From positions 32,001 to 96,000 of the IMG/VR virus record IMGVR_UViG_3300034103_001027: a DNA stretch of 64,000 nucleotides, one strand, 5' to 3'. The notes under the pieces are model-generated. The model was not told the origin of the DNA. It ran no database searches and saw only the letters and a program-made list of their open reading frames with translations. This DNA is from a virus. Shown here in pieces: positions 19,706 to 29,298 of the stretch; position 1 is the first letter of the stretch, and the number at the start of each line of letters is the position of its first letter. The position numbers were made by a program, and so were the translations under genes.

Positions 19706-20815
19706 TTATGCTGCGTAGTAAGCGCCGGTGTACTTGGGCTGATGGACATAGTTGCCCAAGAAGCCTACTAGGAATTGACTCAACTGGCTTTCTGTGGACC
19801 AATCAGTGTCAGTGAAGAACAGGTCGCTGTGTACTGAGTACAGGGCTGACGTTGATGGGTTGATCGCAAAGCCTTGACCTGCTGGGCAGTCAAAGTCGCT
19901 GGTGATCAAGGATCCACCGTAAGTCAGCGTGTCAGGGAAGCCTAGATTAGAGGCGTAATCGCTAACGCGAGTTCGCTCTCGTTCTTCCAGTCTGTCCTCG
20001 ACGGCGCTGTACAATTCTTGCGACAGCAACTGAACGACAGGAGCAGCGCCTTCGCCACCAGTGTGACGGATTGACTGAGTCATTCGTCGCATCGCTTTCA
20101 AGCAGTTAGCTGCCCATCCTGTCGATGCGCCGATGCTGGCCGAGACGTTCATGATCTTGGGACTGTTGTAGTCATAATCGCTGGAGCCAGAACCAAGTGG
20201 CCAGTCAGTAAGTAGCGCGGCGCATGGACGGCCTGATCCAATATTGTTGGACCATGTCCCGCCAATGGCTCCAAGAGCGATTGACAGTCCACCGTAGGTG
20301 GTTCCTGCGGTTGGCTTCATGATCCACTCAGTGGATGGTGAGCCAGGCGTGTCACCCTTCAAGAAGCTCTTGATCCCAGTCATGTACTGAGAGTTTGCTC
20401 CACTGTTGTCGATGTAGAACTGGCCGTTCAACTTGCGAGTCATCGCTCGAACCAAGCGGTCCATCTTCTTGCCAGCTTCGTCAACGATTGCTTGAGGCGA
20501 ATCGCTGTTGATCATTTGGAATCGACGACGCATAGTGTCGGTTGACTCTAGTTCGGCGTGCGAAATTCGCAGTTGCTCGTAAACTTGGGTTTCGTCCCAT
20601 ACGTGACGGTCGCTGCCAGTGATGGCACGAACCTTTGGCTCGCGTACTTCGATGTCCCAGACCATTTCTGGAGCCTTCATGTTCAGGATAACATTACCCT
20701 GGATTTCCATGAGCTTCAGCAAAAGGCGATTTCGGATGGTGTGATCGGTGGCTTCCTTAAAGTAGGCTGGCACCGTTACTTTGAGCGCGGCTAGCGCTTC
20801 AGCAATGGCATTCAC
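19706..20815 (-). CDS. Major capsid protein
   Basis: 369 aa after the scaffold-like gene, AGGAG RBS, size and composition typical of an MCP. Confidence 0.7.
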   Translation of the reverse strand: MNAIAEALAALKVTVPAYFKEATDHTIRNRLLLKLMEIQGNVILNMKAPEMVWDIEVREPKVRAITGSDRHVWDETQVYEQLRISHAELESTDTMRRRFQMINSDSPQAIVDEAGKKMDRLVRAMTRKLNGQFYIDNSGANSQYMTGIKSFLKGDTPGSPSTEWIMKPTAGTTYGGLSIALGAIGGTWSNNIGSGRPCAALLTDWPLGSGSSDYDYNSPKIMNVSASIGASTGWAANCLKAMRRMTQSIRHTGGEGAAPVVQLLSQELYSAVEDRLEERERTRVSDYASNLGFPDTLTYGGSLITSDFDCPAGQGFAINPSTSALYSVHSDLFFTDTDWSTESQLSQFLVGFLGNYVHQPKYTGAYYAA

Positions 20816-20880
20816 AGGTTGATACTCCTTACTGTGTTATGTTGCCTGGCCAGCCTCATGCCGACCAATGGGGTTGTCCG

Positions 20881-22122
20881 CTAGTTTCTCCACCCGCTGA
20901 CCCGCTCGGCGTTCTCTGGATTCATTCGAACCATATTTGCCAGGCGAAGCGTTGGGAGAGTTTTCGATACATGCCCAACGTCTGCCGCTGGGGTTTGTTG
21001 ATTTGGTACTGGCTGTCTGTTGTCAGCCAAGAGTCGTTTTTGCTGCGCCTGAGTTAGGACGGGTGCTGGCTCGGCGACTGCTGCTTGTGCTTGTGCTTGT
21101 TGAGTCCCTGCTGTCGCGAACTCAAGTGCGAGTTGTCGCAGTGTGATTTCTGGAGCGCCGGGAAGTTGTGTTCGCAATTGCGAAAGCTTGTTCTTGAAAG
21201 TGCTTCCCGCTTTAGTCCAGGCAACGTCGCCGGATCCGAAGAAGTCTTGTTTTGGCTCGCCGTTTGCGTCCAAGTGGAACAGGACAGACTTGTTTACTTC
21301 GTGCCACTGCTGGAGTGACTGCCTGCTCTGTCGCTCTTGCTCGGCCTGGACGTAACTCTGTCGCTCTTGCTCGACTCGGGAGTTCATCTCAGCAAACCTG
21401 GCTTCGATGATTCTCTGTGCCTTTTCCTCGGCGATTTTCTCGATAATCTCTTTGCTGTCTTCGACTACTGCCATCGGGTTCCGTAGGAGCATGTCAGCCT
21501 GCTCTCGGGATGCCCTTTCGTACTCGTTGATTGTACGGGCTGCATCGATACTCACCGCGCCGAATGAAGTAATTGGCTTGGCGTAACCACTGTCATCGCG
21601 TTCGACGTAGTTTTCCAGTAGTGGATCATACTTCTGCAGCTCACGGAACCGTCTCGCGATTTGTTGCGATTGAGTCTCTGGTCCCGTTGGTTGAGAATGT
21701 CCTGTTGTGTCCTGAGGGGCAGCCGCAGACTGAGCGGGTTGACTCTGAGAAGCTCTAAGCTGTTCTAACTCGTCCCTGAGTCGCGCTGCTTCCGACATAG
21801 CTTGCGAACCCGCCAAAGCGCGAGAGATGACGCTTTCGTAGAGTTCTGCAGGATCAGTCCCTTCATCGACAGTGATACCCTTCTGTCTGAGAAGGTCTTC
21901 AAACCTGATGGCCGCCTCTGAAGGCTGGCCCTGCCCCTGGTCTAAAACTGAAGCGGCATCCGTGCCTTCTACTGTCTCTATTCCCGGCGACAGTGCTTCA
22001 GTTGTAACCTGCGATACTTCCTCGCTAACCGTTGTAGCTGCAGTATCGCTTGTTTGAGTTGTGTCTGCTTGTGTTTTGCTGCTGGACATAAAGTCCGCAA
22101 AACGAAGTTCTTGGGATGTCAT
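20881..22122 (-). CDS. Capsid scaffolding-like protein
   Basis: Acidic, Gln-rich coiled-coil protein directly upstream of the MCP. Confidence 0.55.
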   Translation of the reverse strand: MTSQELRFADFMSSSKTQADTTQTSDTAATTVSEEVSQVTTEALSPGIETVEGTDAASVLDQGQGQPSEAAIRFEDLLRQKGITVDEGTDPAELYESVISRALAGSQAMSEAARLRDELEQLRASQSQPAQSAAAPQDTTGHSQPTGPETQSQQIARRFRELQKYDPLLENYVERDDSGYAKPITSFGAVSIDAARTINEYERASREQADMLLRNPMAVVEDSKEIIEKIAEEKAQRIIEARFAEMNSRVEQERQSYVQAEQERQSRQSLQQWHEVNKSVLFHLDANGEPKQDFFGSGDVAWTKAGSTFKNKLSQLRTQLPGAPEITLRQLALEFATAGTQQAQAQAAVAEPAPVLTQAQQKRLLADNRQPVPNQQTPAADVGHVSKTLPTLRLANMVRMNPENAERVSGWRN

Positions 22123-22294
22123 TTGTACTCTACTGGGGGATAGTGTCGCTTTGCCATCGCTCGGGTGGCTTTAATGCGATTTATTCCCCAAGTGGAGTCA
22201 GTGACTAGAAAGCTCCCGAATTGAGTATCAAAAAAATAAAAAAATCGAAAAAGGAATAATGTGTAGGCAATGGTTCTTTTTAAGAAAGGTGTTT

Positions 22295-22507
22295 ATGGAC
22301 AGTATTCCTCCAACGGAAGAGTGGCTATCAGCTAAGGAAGTGGCGGCAATCTTTGGCGTCAGCGTGTCTCGGGTTTATTTTGCGCATAGTACTGGACGCA
22401 GGAATTCGTCTGGATCGCTAGTGCGGCTGACTATGTTTCGGACTCTGTCCGGACTGGCTACGACCAGGAAGCTCGTGGATGAGTTCCTGCTGAAGCTGAA
22501 TGGTTAG
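22295..22507 (+). CDS. Excisionase-like winged HTH protein (DUF1580-like)
   Basis: LSAKEVAAIFGVSVSRVY...G...VRL...TT...EFL; GAAAGGTG RBS. Confidence 0.6.
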   Translation: MDSIPPTEEWLSAKEVAAIFGVSVSRVYFAHSTGRRNSSGSLVRLTMFRTLSGLATTRKLVDEFLLKLNG

Positions 22508-22694
22508 AAGCCCATGCACTGGAAATTGTATCTTATGTGATACAATATGCATTGGCTGTGGCAGGACTCTCGATGAGATATTTCGATGGCGCGCTATGCG
22601 CGACTGCGAGAAGCTCGAGGTTTTGAGGCGGACGGGAGCACTGGACTGTGAGTCCACTTCCAGCGATGAATCAGCCGAAGGTGATCCGCGCTAA
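22500..22694 (+). CDS. DUF1289-like small Cys protein
   Basis: SPCTGNC...CIGCGRTLDEIFRW. Confidence 0.7.
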   Translation: MVRSPCTGNCILCDTICIGCGRTLDEIFRWRAMRDCEKLEVLRRTGALDCESTSSDESAEGDPR

Positions 22695-24021
22695 ATGGCT
22701 TCTTGAGGCTGAGTCTTGCCTTGTGTTTGCACTTGCCCCACAAGCTGCTGCCAATCATCTCGTGCATGATGTCTATCTGTCTCAGCCTGCGCTGCACATA
22801 GGATCGCTTGAGCATTGTCAGATTGGCCTTGACGCCTAGTTCCCTGGCCTTGATGGCTATGATCATGTCCTCGATTTGAGTGGTAGACAATCCGAGTTCG
22901 TACTTCATGACCCATATCTGACCGGCTTGAAGCAGTTGCTTCTTATCGACAGCCAGTCTCTTTTGGTGTTCGCTAATCTGTTCTATTTTGAATCCAGCGC
23001 GAGGGAGTCCATTTGGCCTTCCGTTTGCTTGGCACCATGCAGCAGTTTCCTTGTTTCGATTAGACTTCATCTGGCTTTCTAATTGTGCAATTGAAGCCAT
23101 CAGCGATATCCATTCCTTACCCTGCCCTGTGTCTGTCCTGATTCGCTCGCAGACGAAGTGAACGTAAGCGCCTTTTCGCTGTATCTCGGCTATTGTCTTC
23201 ATGGCGTCCAGGGTATTTCGCCACCCTCGATCCATTCGGTAGATAACGACGTCATCCCCTGGCTGCAGGTCGTTCATAAGCCGCTTACCGGCCTCTCGCT
23301 CCATAAATGGCACTGAGAAGGCGCTAATGGCAGGATCGGAGTAAACTGGCCCTACAGGGCACTGTAGCTTCTCTGCGAGGTCCTCTGCGTATTTGGCATT
23401 GGCAGTGCCTTGCCACTTCAGGCCGAGCCCTGAGACGTACTGTGGCTCTGTGGATACACGTTCGTACATGCGGATCGTGCCTGTTGGTCGCTCCGTTTTG
23501 ATCTTTTGAGGCAGGACGAATTCGCTATTCATCCATTTGACTTTTGGCTTCGTGTTTGACGATTGCGAGTTTTGAAGCCTCTTGATTAGTAGTGCTTCTC
23601 TAATTCGCTCGCTTGTCACATCAGAAGCGTATTGAGCCATAGCGGCTAGGATATTCGCCTGTAGCTTCCCGGAGGCTGTGGTCGTGTTGATCTGGTTGTT
23701 GATGAAATGCACGAAGATACCCTTCTCCTCGAAGAAGTGCATCAAGTTGCAGAAGTCTCTCAGGTTTCTGCATAGTCGGTCGATCTGCAAGCATATAACG
23801 TGGTCGCCCGGCTTTACCTGCTCGATGATGCGACCACCACCTGGGCGGCCCGCAAAGGATTTGCTCCATGCGCTGACGCCAGCATCAGTAACCACAACTT
23901 GCTCAGCCTCTGGTATAACCGAAGTGGCATAATTGGTTGTCCTGACCATTTGGTCTGGTATACTGATGTCAGAGGCTTTGGAGTCCTTATGGCTAACGCG
24001 ATTGTAAAGGAATGCTTTCAT
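22594..24021 (-). CDS. Serine recombinase with two tandem resolvase-type catalytic domains
   Basis: Domain 1: YNRVS...GVSA...RPG...DRLCR...SERI. Domain 2: YERVST...ISA...DRGWR...SNRNK. Confidence 0.85.
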   Translation of the reverse strand: MKAFLYNRVSHKDSKASDISIPDQMVRTTNYATSVIPEAEQVVVTDAGVSAWSKSFAGRPGGGRIIEQVKPGDHVICLQIDRLCRNLRDFCNLMHFFEEKGIFVHFINNQINTTTASGKLQANILAAMAQYASDVTSERIREALLIKRLQNSQSSNTKPKVKWMNSEFVLPQKIKTERPTGTIRMYERVSTEPQYVSGLGLKWQGTANAKYAEDLAEKLQCPVGPVYSDPAISAFSVPFMEREAGKRLMNDLQPGDDVVIYRMDRGWRNTLDAMKTIAEIQRKGAYVHFVCERIRTDTGQGKEWISLMASIAQLESQMKSNRNKETAAWCQANGRPNGLPRAGFKIEQISEHQKRLAVDKKQLLQAGQIWVMKYELGLSTTQIEDMIIAIKARELGVKANLTMLKRSYVQRRLRQIDIMHEMIGSSLWGKCKHKARLSLKKPFSADHLRLIHRWKWTHSPVLPSASKPRASRSRA

Positions 24022-24709
24022 GGGTAAACGTCGAAAAGGAGGGATGTTTTCACCGAGTCCCTATGTGACTGGTGCGAAGCAAATGTCAACTGGAGAGGAA
24101 TTGCAAGCGATTGCCGTATACCAGAAGACGAGAGATGGTAGTTTAGCGGAATCGGTACTTAAGTCAAGGGCCTCTTGGGTGCAGAGTATCATTGCTAATA
24201 TACCCATGCCCAGCTTTGCTGACATGGATACGGTGTTTTCTGATGTCATGCTGGCCGTCTATGAGTCGCTCTCGAACTACGATGAATCCAAGGCGGCCCT
24301 GTCCACATACCTCTGGAGGGTTATCTATAATTCTGCACTGACCAGCGCCAAAGAGCAGGATACAAATGCTGAGCAGTTTACCCCTGAACTGATCGTCGAT
24401 GAGGCCGTTGATTACTCTGAGTGCATCGAAAACGCCCGAAAGGTCATCTTGAATACACCCCCCGAGATGCTCAATGAGCGATCCAGAAAGGTTGCGCACA
24501 TGATGCTCAAGGGTTACTCCGTTCAGGAGATAGCAAGCACCTTAGACGTGACCAAGTCCGTTGCCGGTGAGATAATCACCAGCATACGTCGATACATCGC
24601 TTGGTGCATGGTCAAGCAGAATCTATCTGCAGAGCCGGTCATTAGCGACAGCGATCTTATGGATCTGGCTGAGGAGCATGAGCGGGCCAATGTGACCAAA
24701 TGGCGGTAG
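24020..24709 (+). CDS. Sigma-70/ECF-like RNA polymerase sigma factor (start uncertain)
   Basis: Region 2-like YDESKAALSTYLWRVI; region 4 HTH GYSVQEIASTLDVT. Confidence 0.75.
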   Translation: MGKRRKGGMFSPSPYVTGAKQMSTGEELQAIAVYQKTRDGSLAESVLKSRASWVQSIIANIPMPSFADMDTVFSDVMLAVYESLSNYDESKAALSTYLWRVIYNSALTSAKEQDTNAEQFTPELIVDEAVDYSECIENARKVILNTPPEMLNERSRKVAHMMLKGYSVQEIASTLDVTKSVAGEIITSIRRYIAWCMVKQNLSAEPVISDSDLMDLAEEHERANVTKWR

Positions 24710-24712
24710 TGG

Positions 24713-25369
24713 TTAGTCCGGCCCTAATCTCTCTAGGATCAATGGGATCAATGGGTGCCTGACGCTACTGGCTATACTGGAGAAGTGAAAGTGCTGGATT
24801 CCATCTATCCCAGAGAGTAATGTGGCAGCCCGGAACAGGCCGCTGTCTCTGATGTCTGCTTGCTCAATGTCGCCGCACATGATCAGCTTGGATCCTATGC
24901 CTATTCGCGTCAGCAGTAGCCTCATTTGTCGTATATTGGCGTTCTGCGCCTCATCGACGACTAAGACGGTGTTCTTTAGCGTCCTGCCGCGCAAGTACGC
25001 CATAGCGACAATCTCTGATGCGATCTTTTGATCTGGTGCGTACTCCTTGATCGTGTCTGTCAGTGGATGCAAGAATGGCGACATCTTTTCGATGATGCCT
25101 CCAGGTATTGCCCCGATTTCTTCCCCGCAGGCTTCAACTGCCGGTCTTGTCAGTATCAGCTTCTTTCCCTCATGGGATAGGATGTAGTCAATTGCACAGG
25201 CTATTGCCGTGTATGTCTTTGAGCATCCTGCCGGTCCTGTCAGAAATGTTATGTCGTTTTTCTGACACGCTGCGTATGCATCTGCTTGTTCTTGAGTAAC
25301 TGGTCGAAAGTGCGGTCTGTTCACGGTGTGACCTTCCGTAGTCGAGTAGAGTTTCTTTCTCTTAGACAT
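24713..25369 (-). CDS. phoH: PhoH-like ATPase
   Basis: GPAGCSKT, LTRPAVE, YLRGRT, DEAQN, LTRIG, GDIEQAD, VRHPL. Confidence 0.9.
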   Translation of the reverse strand: MSKRKKLYSTTEGHTVNRPHFRPVTQEQADAYAACQKNDITFLTGPAGCSKTYTAIACAIDYILSHEGKKLILTRPAVEACGEEIGAIPGGIIEKMSPFLHPLTDTIKEYAPDQKIASEIVAMAYLRGRTLKNTVLVVDEAQNANIRQMRLLLTRIGIGSKLIMCGDIEQADIRDSGLFRAATLLSGIDGIQHFHFSSIASSVRHPLIPLILERLGPD

Positions 25370-25604
25370 TGTCGTCTTGTTCCTCTTGGATGTGCGCTGT
25401 TTGGAAGCTTTCTTTACACAGTGGGCACACCACGATGCTTGGGTGTGTTTCGACTATAGCGCCACCCCCGTCTTCTGATCTTGCGTTGTACTCGTTATTG
25501 AGCTGCTCCTCGGAGATGACTTTAATCACGGGATGAACGTAGTTCATTGTCCCGCAGCTATCGCATATCCATGCGAAGACTTCGAATAATTCTGCCACTC
25601 TCAT
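25362..25604 (-). CDS. Zn-ribbon hypothetical protein
   Basis: CDSC...CPLC. Confidence 0.55.
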   Translation of the reverse strand: MRVAELFEVFAWICDSCGTMNYVHPVIKVISEEQLNNEYNARSEDGGGAIVETHPSIVVCPLCKESFQTAHIQEEQDDNV

Positions 25605-26380
25605 GCGCTTGCAATCCTTTGCTTTTCTTGATAGACCCGCCGAACCTTGGTGATAATCTCGTGGGAACTCCACGGTGGGGATACATTGCGACCATGCCAT
25701 AGGATTACTTCATGGATCGCTTCTGTTTCGCTTAATCCAGCCTCGATGCAGACCATCGTGGCGTGGTATGTTTTTACGTCTCTCTCGCCCTCGGATGCTC
25801 TGATTGTGCCTAGCACTGCCTGAGCGCTGCGAACGTGGTTGCCAATAACCGCATGAGACACGCCCGCTGACTCCGGTCTCCAGCCCATGTTGAACACTGG
25901 TAGGTTTCCTGGCATGATCCACTTTGCGTCAAGGTTGCCAGTGCAAATGCAGACTTGATACTGAAATCCCTTGACGATACTTGGCGGCATTAGGCAGTAG
26001 CTCTTGTCTCCCTTGACATCGTAGGTAAACCCTTCAGGGGCCTCGATCTTGGAGTTTGACTTAACGTAGATGCCTGGGTGCCGGTAATAGAAGTGCATTC
26101 CCTTGCGCGATCTTACTCTCAGTGGAGTTCTTGGCCTATGCTGCAGCCAGGACTTGTAAGATTCCTTTGTGTCGCAGTCGATGACCACGTATCCATTTTC
26201 TGCGCCGGTCAGCATTGCAATGTTGACGCCTCTGAATCTCCACTTCCTTAGCGGGTTGCCAATCAGGTTGCCCCATTCCGTAGTGGGTATTTTAGTCTCC
26301 ATGCCAATAGGGATGACGCTCATTCCTCGGCTTAGCATTAGGCTGGCCACTTCGCTGACTCTGTCGCATATCACAGACAC
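25601..26380 (-). CDS. Bifunctional DNA primase/polymerase (Prim-Pol) with a primase C-terminal-like domain
   Basis: SVIP...K-P, NIAMLTG, VVIDCD, GMHFYY, DVKG...PPS, EGERD. Confidence 0.85.
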   Translation of the reverse strand: MSVICDRVSEVASLMLSRGMSVIPIGMETKIPTTEWGNLIGNPLRKWRFRGVNIAMLTGAENGYVVIDCDTKESYKSWLQHRPRTPLRVRSRKGMHFYYRHPGIYVKSNSKIEAPEGFTYDVKGDKSYCLMPPSIVKGFQYQVCICTGNLDAKWIMPGNLPVFNMGWRPESAGVSHAVIGNHVRSAQAVLGTIRASEGERDVKTYHATMVCIEAGLSETEAIHEVILWHGRNVSPPWSSHEIITKVRRVYQEKQRIASA

Positions 26381-26381
26381 A

Positions 26382-26801
26382 TTAAGCCTCCTTGTGTGTT
26401 CTTCGGAACGGAAGTGGTGGAGCCTTTCGGAATCTCCAGCCTGACCTGAACAGTATTGAATTGCCGCCCGGTGCATCTACAGCCGTGAAGTCGTTTTCCG
26501 CCAGGAATGTTACGGACTGCGTGTCGCTGACATCAACCACTGCCTCTAGTGACATTGATGGCCATGTCATCAGCCGTATATGTTCGATTAAGCTGGTTCC
26601 TATACCGAGCCTTCGCTTCCTATGATCCACTGCTACGTCGAGTATCTGATGTACGCACATATCCGATACAGAGCAAAGGTATCCTACTATATTTCCGCCA
26701 AGCTCTGCAACTAAGCAGATCGCTCCTGGGTCGCTTATATGGCACGCCACTAAGTCATGACTGCCACCTATAGCATCGATGAATTGCAAGTCAATTCGCA
26801 T
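26382..26801 (-). CDS. GNAT acetyltransferase (RimI-like)
   Basis: IVGY...VAVD...RRLGIGTSL (acetyl-CoA binding motif A). Confidence 0.75.
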   Translation of the reverse strand: MRIDLQFIDAIGGSHDLVACHISDPGAICLVAELGGNIVGYLCSVSDMCVHQILDVAVDHRKRRLGIGTSLIEHIRLMTWPSMSLEAVVDVSDTQSVTFLAENDFTAVDAPGGNSILFRSGWRFRKAPPLPFRRTHKEA

Positions 26802-27714
26802 TGCTCTGCGTACTGAAAGCTCGTTCAATTGGCAACCTCCTATCCAGTGTATGCAAGCTCCTTGCTGTCCAATAATCAAACTGCTTCATGGTTGCCCGAA
26901 TCTTTTCTGGTATGAAGTCCGAATGCATCGTGTCTATGAATGTCCCGCATGAAGACAGCAGGTCACTGGCAGTCTTGACTCCGATACCGCAAACTCCCTG
27001 CACTCCGTTCTTGCCTACCATGCAGAGCCAGTCAATCACTTGCGTCGGCTTGATCTTATGTGTCGCCAGTAGCCAGTTGGCCCCGTAGAACTCATCTTTA
27101 GCCCTTGAGTAGATCGATGTCTTAGGACCTAAGGACTGCCAGCAATCCTTATCCTCTGTGACCATCATGCATTCAGTGTCAAGTATCTGGCACTGCATGG
27201 CTACGCTAGCCAGTACATCATCGGCCTCCCTGCCGGTGTGTACCTCGACCTGCATGCCAGAATCCCTAAGGTGCTGTATCACCATGGGCCTGAGGCGATT
27301 TAATTCCTCTTTGATTGGGTCGTTTGGTCTGTCTGACTTAAATTCCGAGTAGAGTTTTCTTCGGAAGTTATTTGAGTCATCGAACCCAACAATGAAATGC
27401 TCTGGTTTATTCGTTGTTTTTAGCTTCTTGAGGCACGCATGAATCTTCTCGTGGATTCGATCTGTGCCTTTTGAAGCAAAGGCAACGGCACATGCTATCG
27501 CTTCACCATCTACCACTTGCGTCAGTCCGGCGCGAAAGCCTATATTCTGCGAGGCTCTACGCGCCTCCGTGACGCAAATAGGTACAACGCCCCTGACCTT
27601 GTGAAGCTGTGGGATCAATTGTAGCTTTGTCAGTAGTTCGTTCGCTGTCCTGCTGGCGTGCAGCTCGTTGCAGATATCGTTAACAACCTCTTCTGCCGTT
27701 ATTACGCTAGGCAT
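26791..27714 (-). CDS. 5'-3' exonuclease / flap endonuclease
   Basis: FDD..NFR...KSDR, EADDVLAS, EDKD..Q, GVCGIGVKTA. Confidence 0.85.
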   Translation of the reverse strand: MPSVITAEEVVNDICNELHASRTANELLTKLQLIPQLHKVRGVVPICVTEARRASQNIGFRAGLTQVVDGEAIACAVAFASKGTDRIHEKIHACLKKLKTTNKPEHFIVGFDDSNNFRRKLYSEFKSDRPNDPIKEELNRLRPMVIQHLRDSGMQVEVHTGREADDVLASVAMQCQILDTECMMVTEDKDCWQSLGPKTSIYSRAKDEFYGANWLLATHKIKPTQVIDWLCMVGKNGVQGVCGIGVKTASDLLSSCGTFIDTMHSDFIPEKIRATMKQFDYWTARSLHTLDRRLPIERAFSTQSNAN

Positions 27715-29281
27715 AGGCTCGCTTCCTTTGTATCGCTAGTTCTCTTTCCTGGGCCCATCTGTGATACATGTCGTCCGGTGGGTATCCACCGTGTCTCTTG
27801 GCATATATGGCAAGTACCTGAGCGTCAGTTGGTGACTTCCCTGATCTTTTCCTCACGGAAAAGAATATCTGGCTGAGCCTCTTGAGTTCTTCAGGCTTGG
27901 GTGGTGGAGGTGGCTCGAATTGATCCATCTTGCGCTCCACGAGCCTTCCGTCCTTCTGGACGATGATTCGTGTCCTTGGATCTGCCTGGAACCCGCAGGC
28001 AGGGCATCTAAGGCCCTCAGCACGCACCGTACCGCACCTTGGGCATACAATGGGATTGGGAGCCTTACCTTCCTGCACGTCGCGTGTGCGCGATTCTGCG
28101 ATCTCCTTCTCGGTCATGGAGAACATGGCCTCCCAGTCGCGATTAGCGTTGGGAGAGCCATGTCGGATCATATTGGCTCCGTGATCCTGTATAACTGCGT
28201 GGGTCTTGCCTGATTCAGGACATGCTCTAATTACTCTTCCAACGCTTTGGACATAATTAGCCAGCGAGCCGTATGGCCTGGCTAGGATTAGGTGCCTTAG
28301 GTTAGGTATATCGATGCCCTCTTGCACGACTTGGCAGTGACATAGAACGTCAAAGTCCCCTGCCTTCATGTCGTTGAGCACTTGATTCCTGACTTTCCCC
28401 TCGGCATCGTTGTCGTAGGTCTCTCCGTTGACGATGACTTTCTTACAGTCAATGTGAGCGACTCGATGTCCCTTCTTGAGGAATAAGTCAGCAACCCAGG
28501 CTGACTCGTCGATTCCAGGTGAAGCGCAGAGGGTCGGTAATGCATCAGGATTGAGTCTTCGCCAGTCTTCGTAGATGTACCCAACGATGGCTTGGCTCCA
28601 ACATTCCTTAATGATGTCGCCGTCTGAGTATTCGCCCGTCTTTTCTGGCTTGATCTTGTCTACGTCCATTTCATGCACTGAGAAGCACTTTGCTGGCACG
28701 TGCGCGCCACAGGCCCTTAGTTCCGAATTGGTCGCAGCCACCACGACATCTCTATAGGCACCACTCATGCCTATTGGTGTTCCTGACATTCCCAGAACGT
28801 AGGCCCCTTTGGATAGGTATCTCTGGATCAGTTCAAGGGCCTTAGGTGACATGAGCATGTGAGCTTCGTCAATAATGACTAGATTCGCATCGAATAGCTG
28901 CCATCGCTCCTGGTTGATAACTCGCTGGATGTCAGTCTGGATCTGTGCTATCTGGATTCTCGCATTTGGATCGACCTTGTGTCGCATTGACGCTGCTCTC
29001 GCACCTGCCTCAATGCCATCTGATATGAGGCGATCCATCGACTGTTGCGTCAATAAGCGACGAGGGTTGTAGATAATTACCTTTCCGCCTTGTTTTTCAA
29101 GGAGATTCACTAATCCTGTAGTTATTAAGCCTTTTCCCGAGGCCGTAGGTGCGCCTAGAACAACTGATTTAATGCCGCTACTGAACTTGTCGCATATCTG
29201 CCGAATCGATCTTATCTGATGATCCCATGGTTCTCTTGTGAAAGAGCCGTAGATGTCGTTATTAGAGAATCTCCAATCCAT
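27707..29281 (-). CDS. SF2 DExH helicase with a Zn-finger
   Basis: APTASGKG, DEAH, SGTP, EGIDIP, QSVGRVIR, CPRC...CPAC. Confidence 0.9.
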   Translation of the reverse strand: MDWRFSNNDIYGSFTREPWDHQIRSIRQICDKFSSGIKSVVLGAPTASGKGLITTGLVNLLEKQGGKVIIYNPRRLLTQQSMDRLISDGIEAGARAASMRHKVDPNARIQIAQIQTDIQRVINQERWQLFDANLVIIDEAHMLMSPKALELIQRYLSKGAYVLGMSGTPIGMSGAYRDVVVAATNSELRACGAHVPAKCFSVHEMDVDKIKPEKTGEYSDGDIIKECWSQAIVGYIYEDWRRLNPDALPTLCASPGIDESAWVADLFLKKGHRVAHIDCKKVIVNGETYDNDAEGKVRNQVLNDMKAGDFDVLCHCQVVQEGIDIPNLRHLILARPYGSLANYVQSVGRVIRACPESGKTHAVIQDHGANMIRHGSPNANRDWEAMFSMTEKEIAESRTRDVQEGKAPNPIVCPRCGTVRAEGLRCPACGFQADPRTRIIVQKDGRLVERKMDQFEPPPPPKPEELKRLSQIFFSVRKRSGKSPTDAQVLAIYAKRHGGYPPDDMYHRWAQERELAIQRKRAYA

Positions 29282-29298
29282 GCCTCTCGTGTCTCCTG

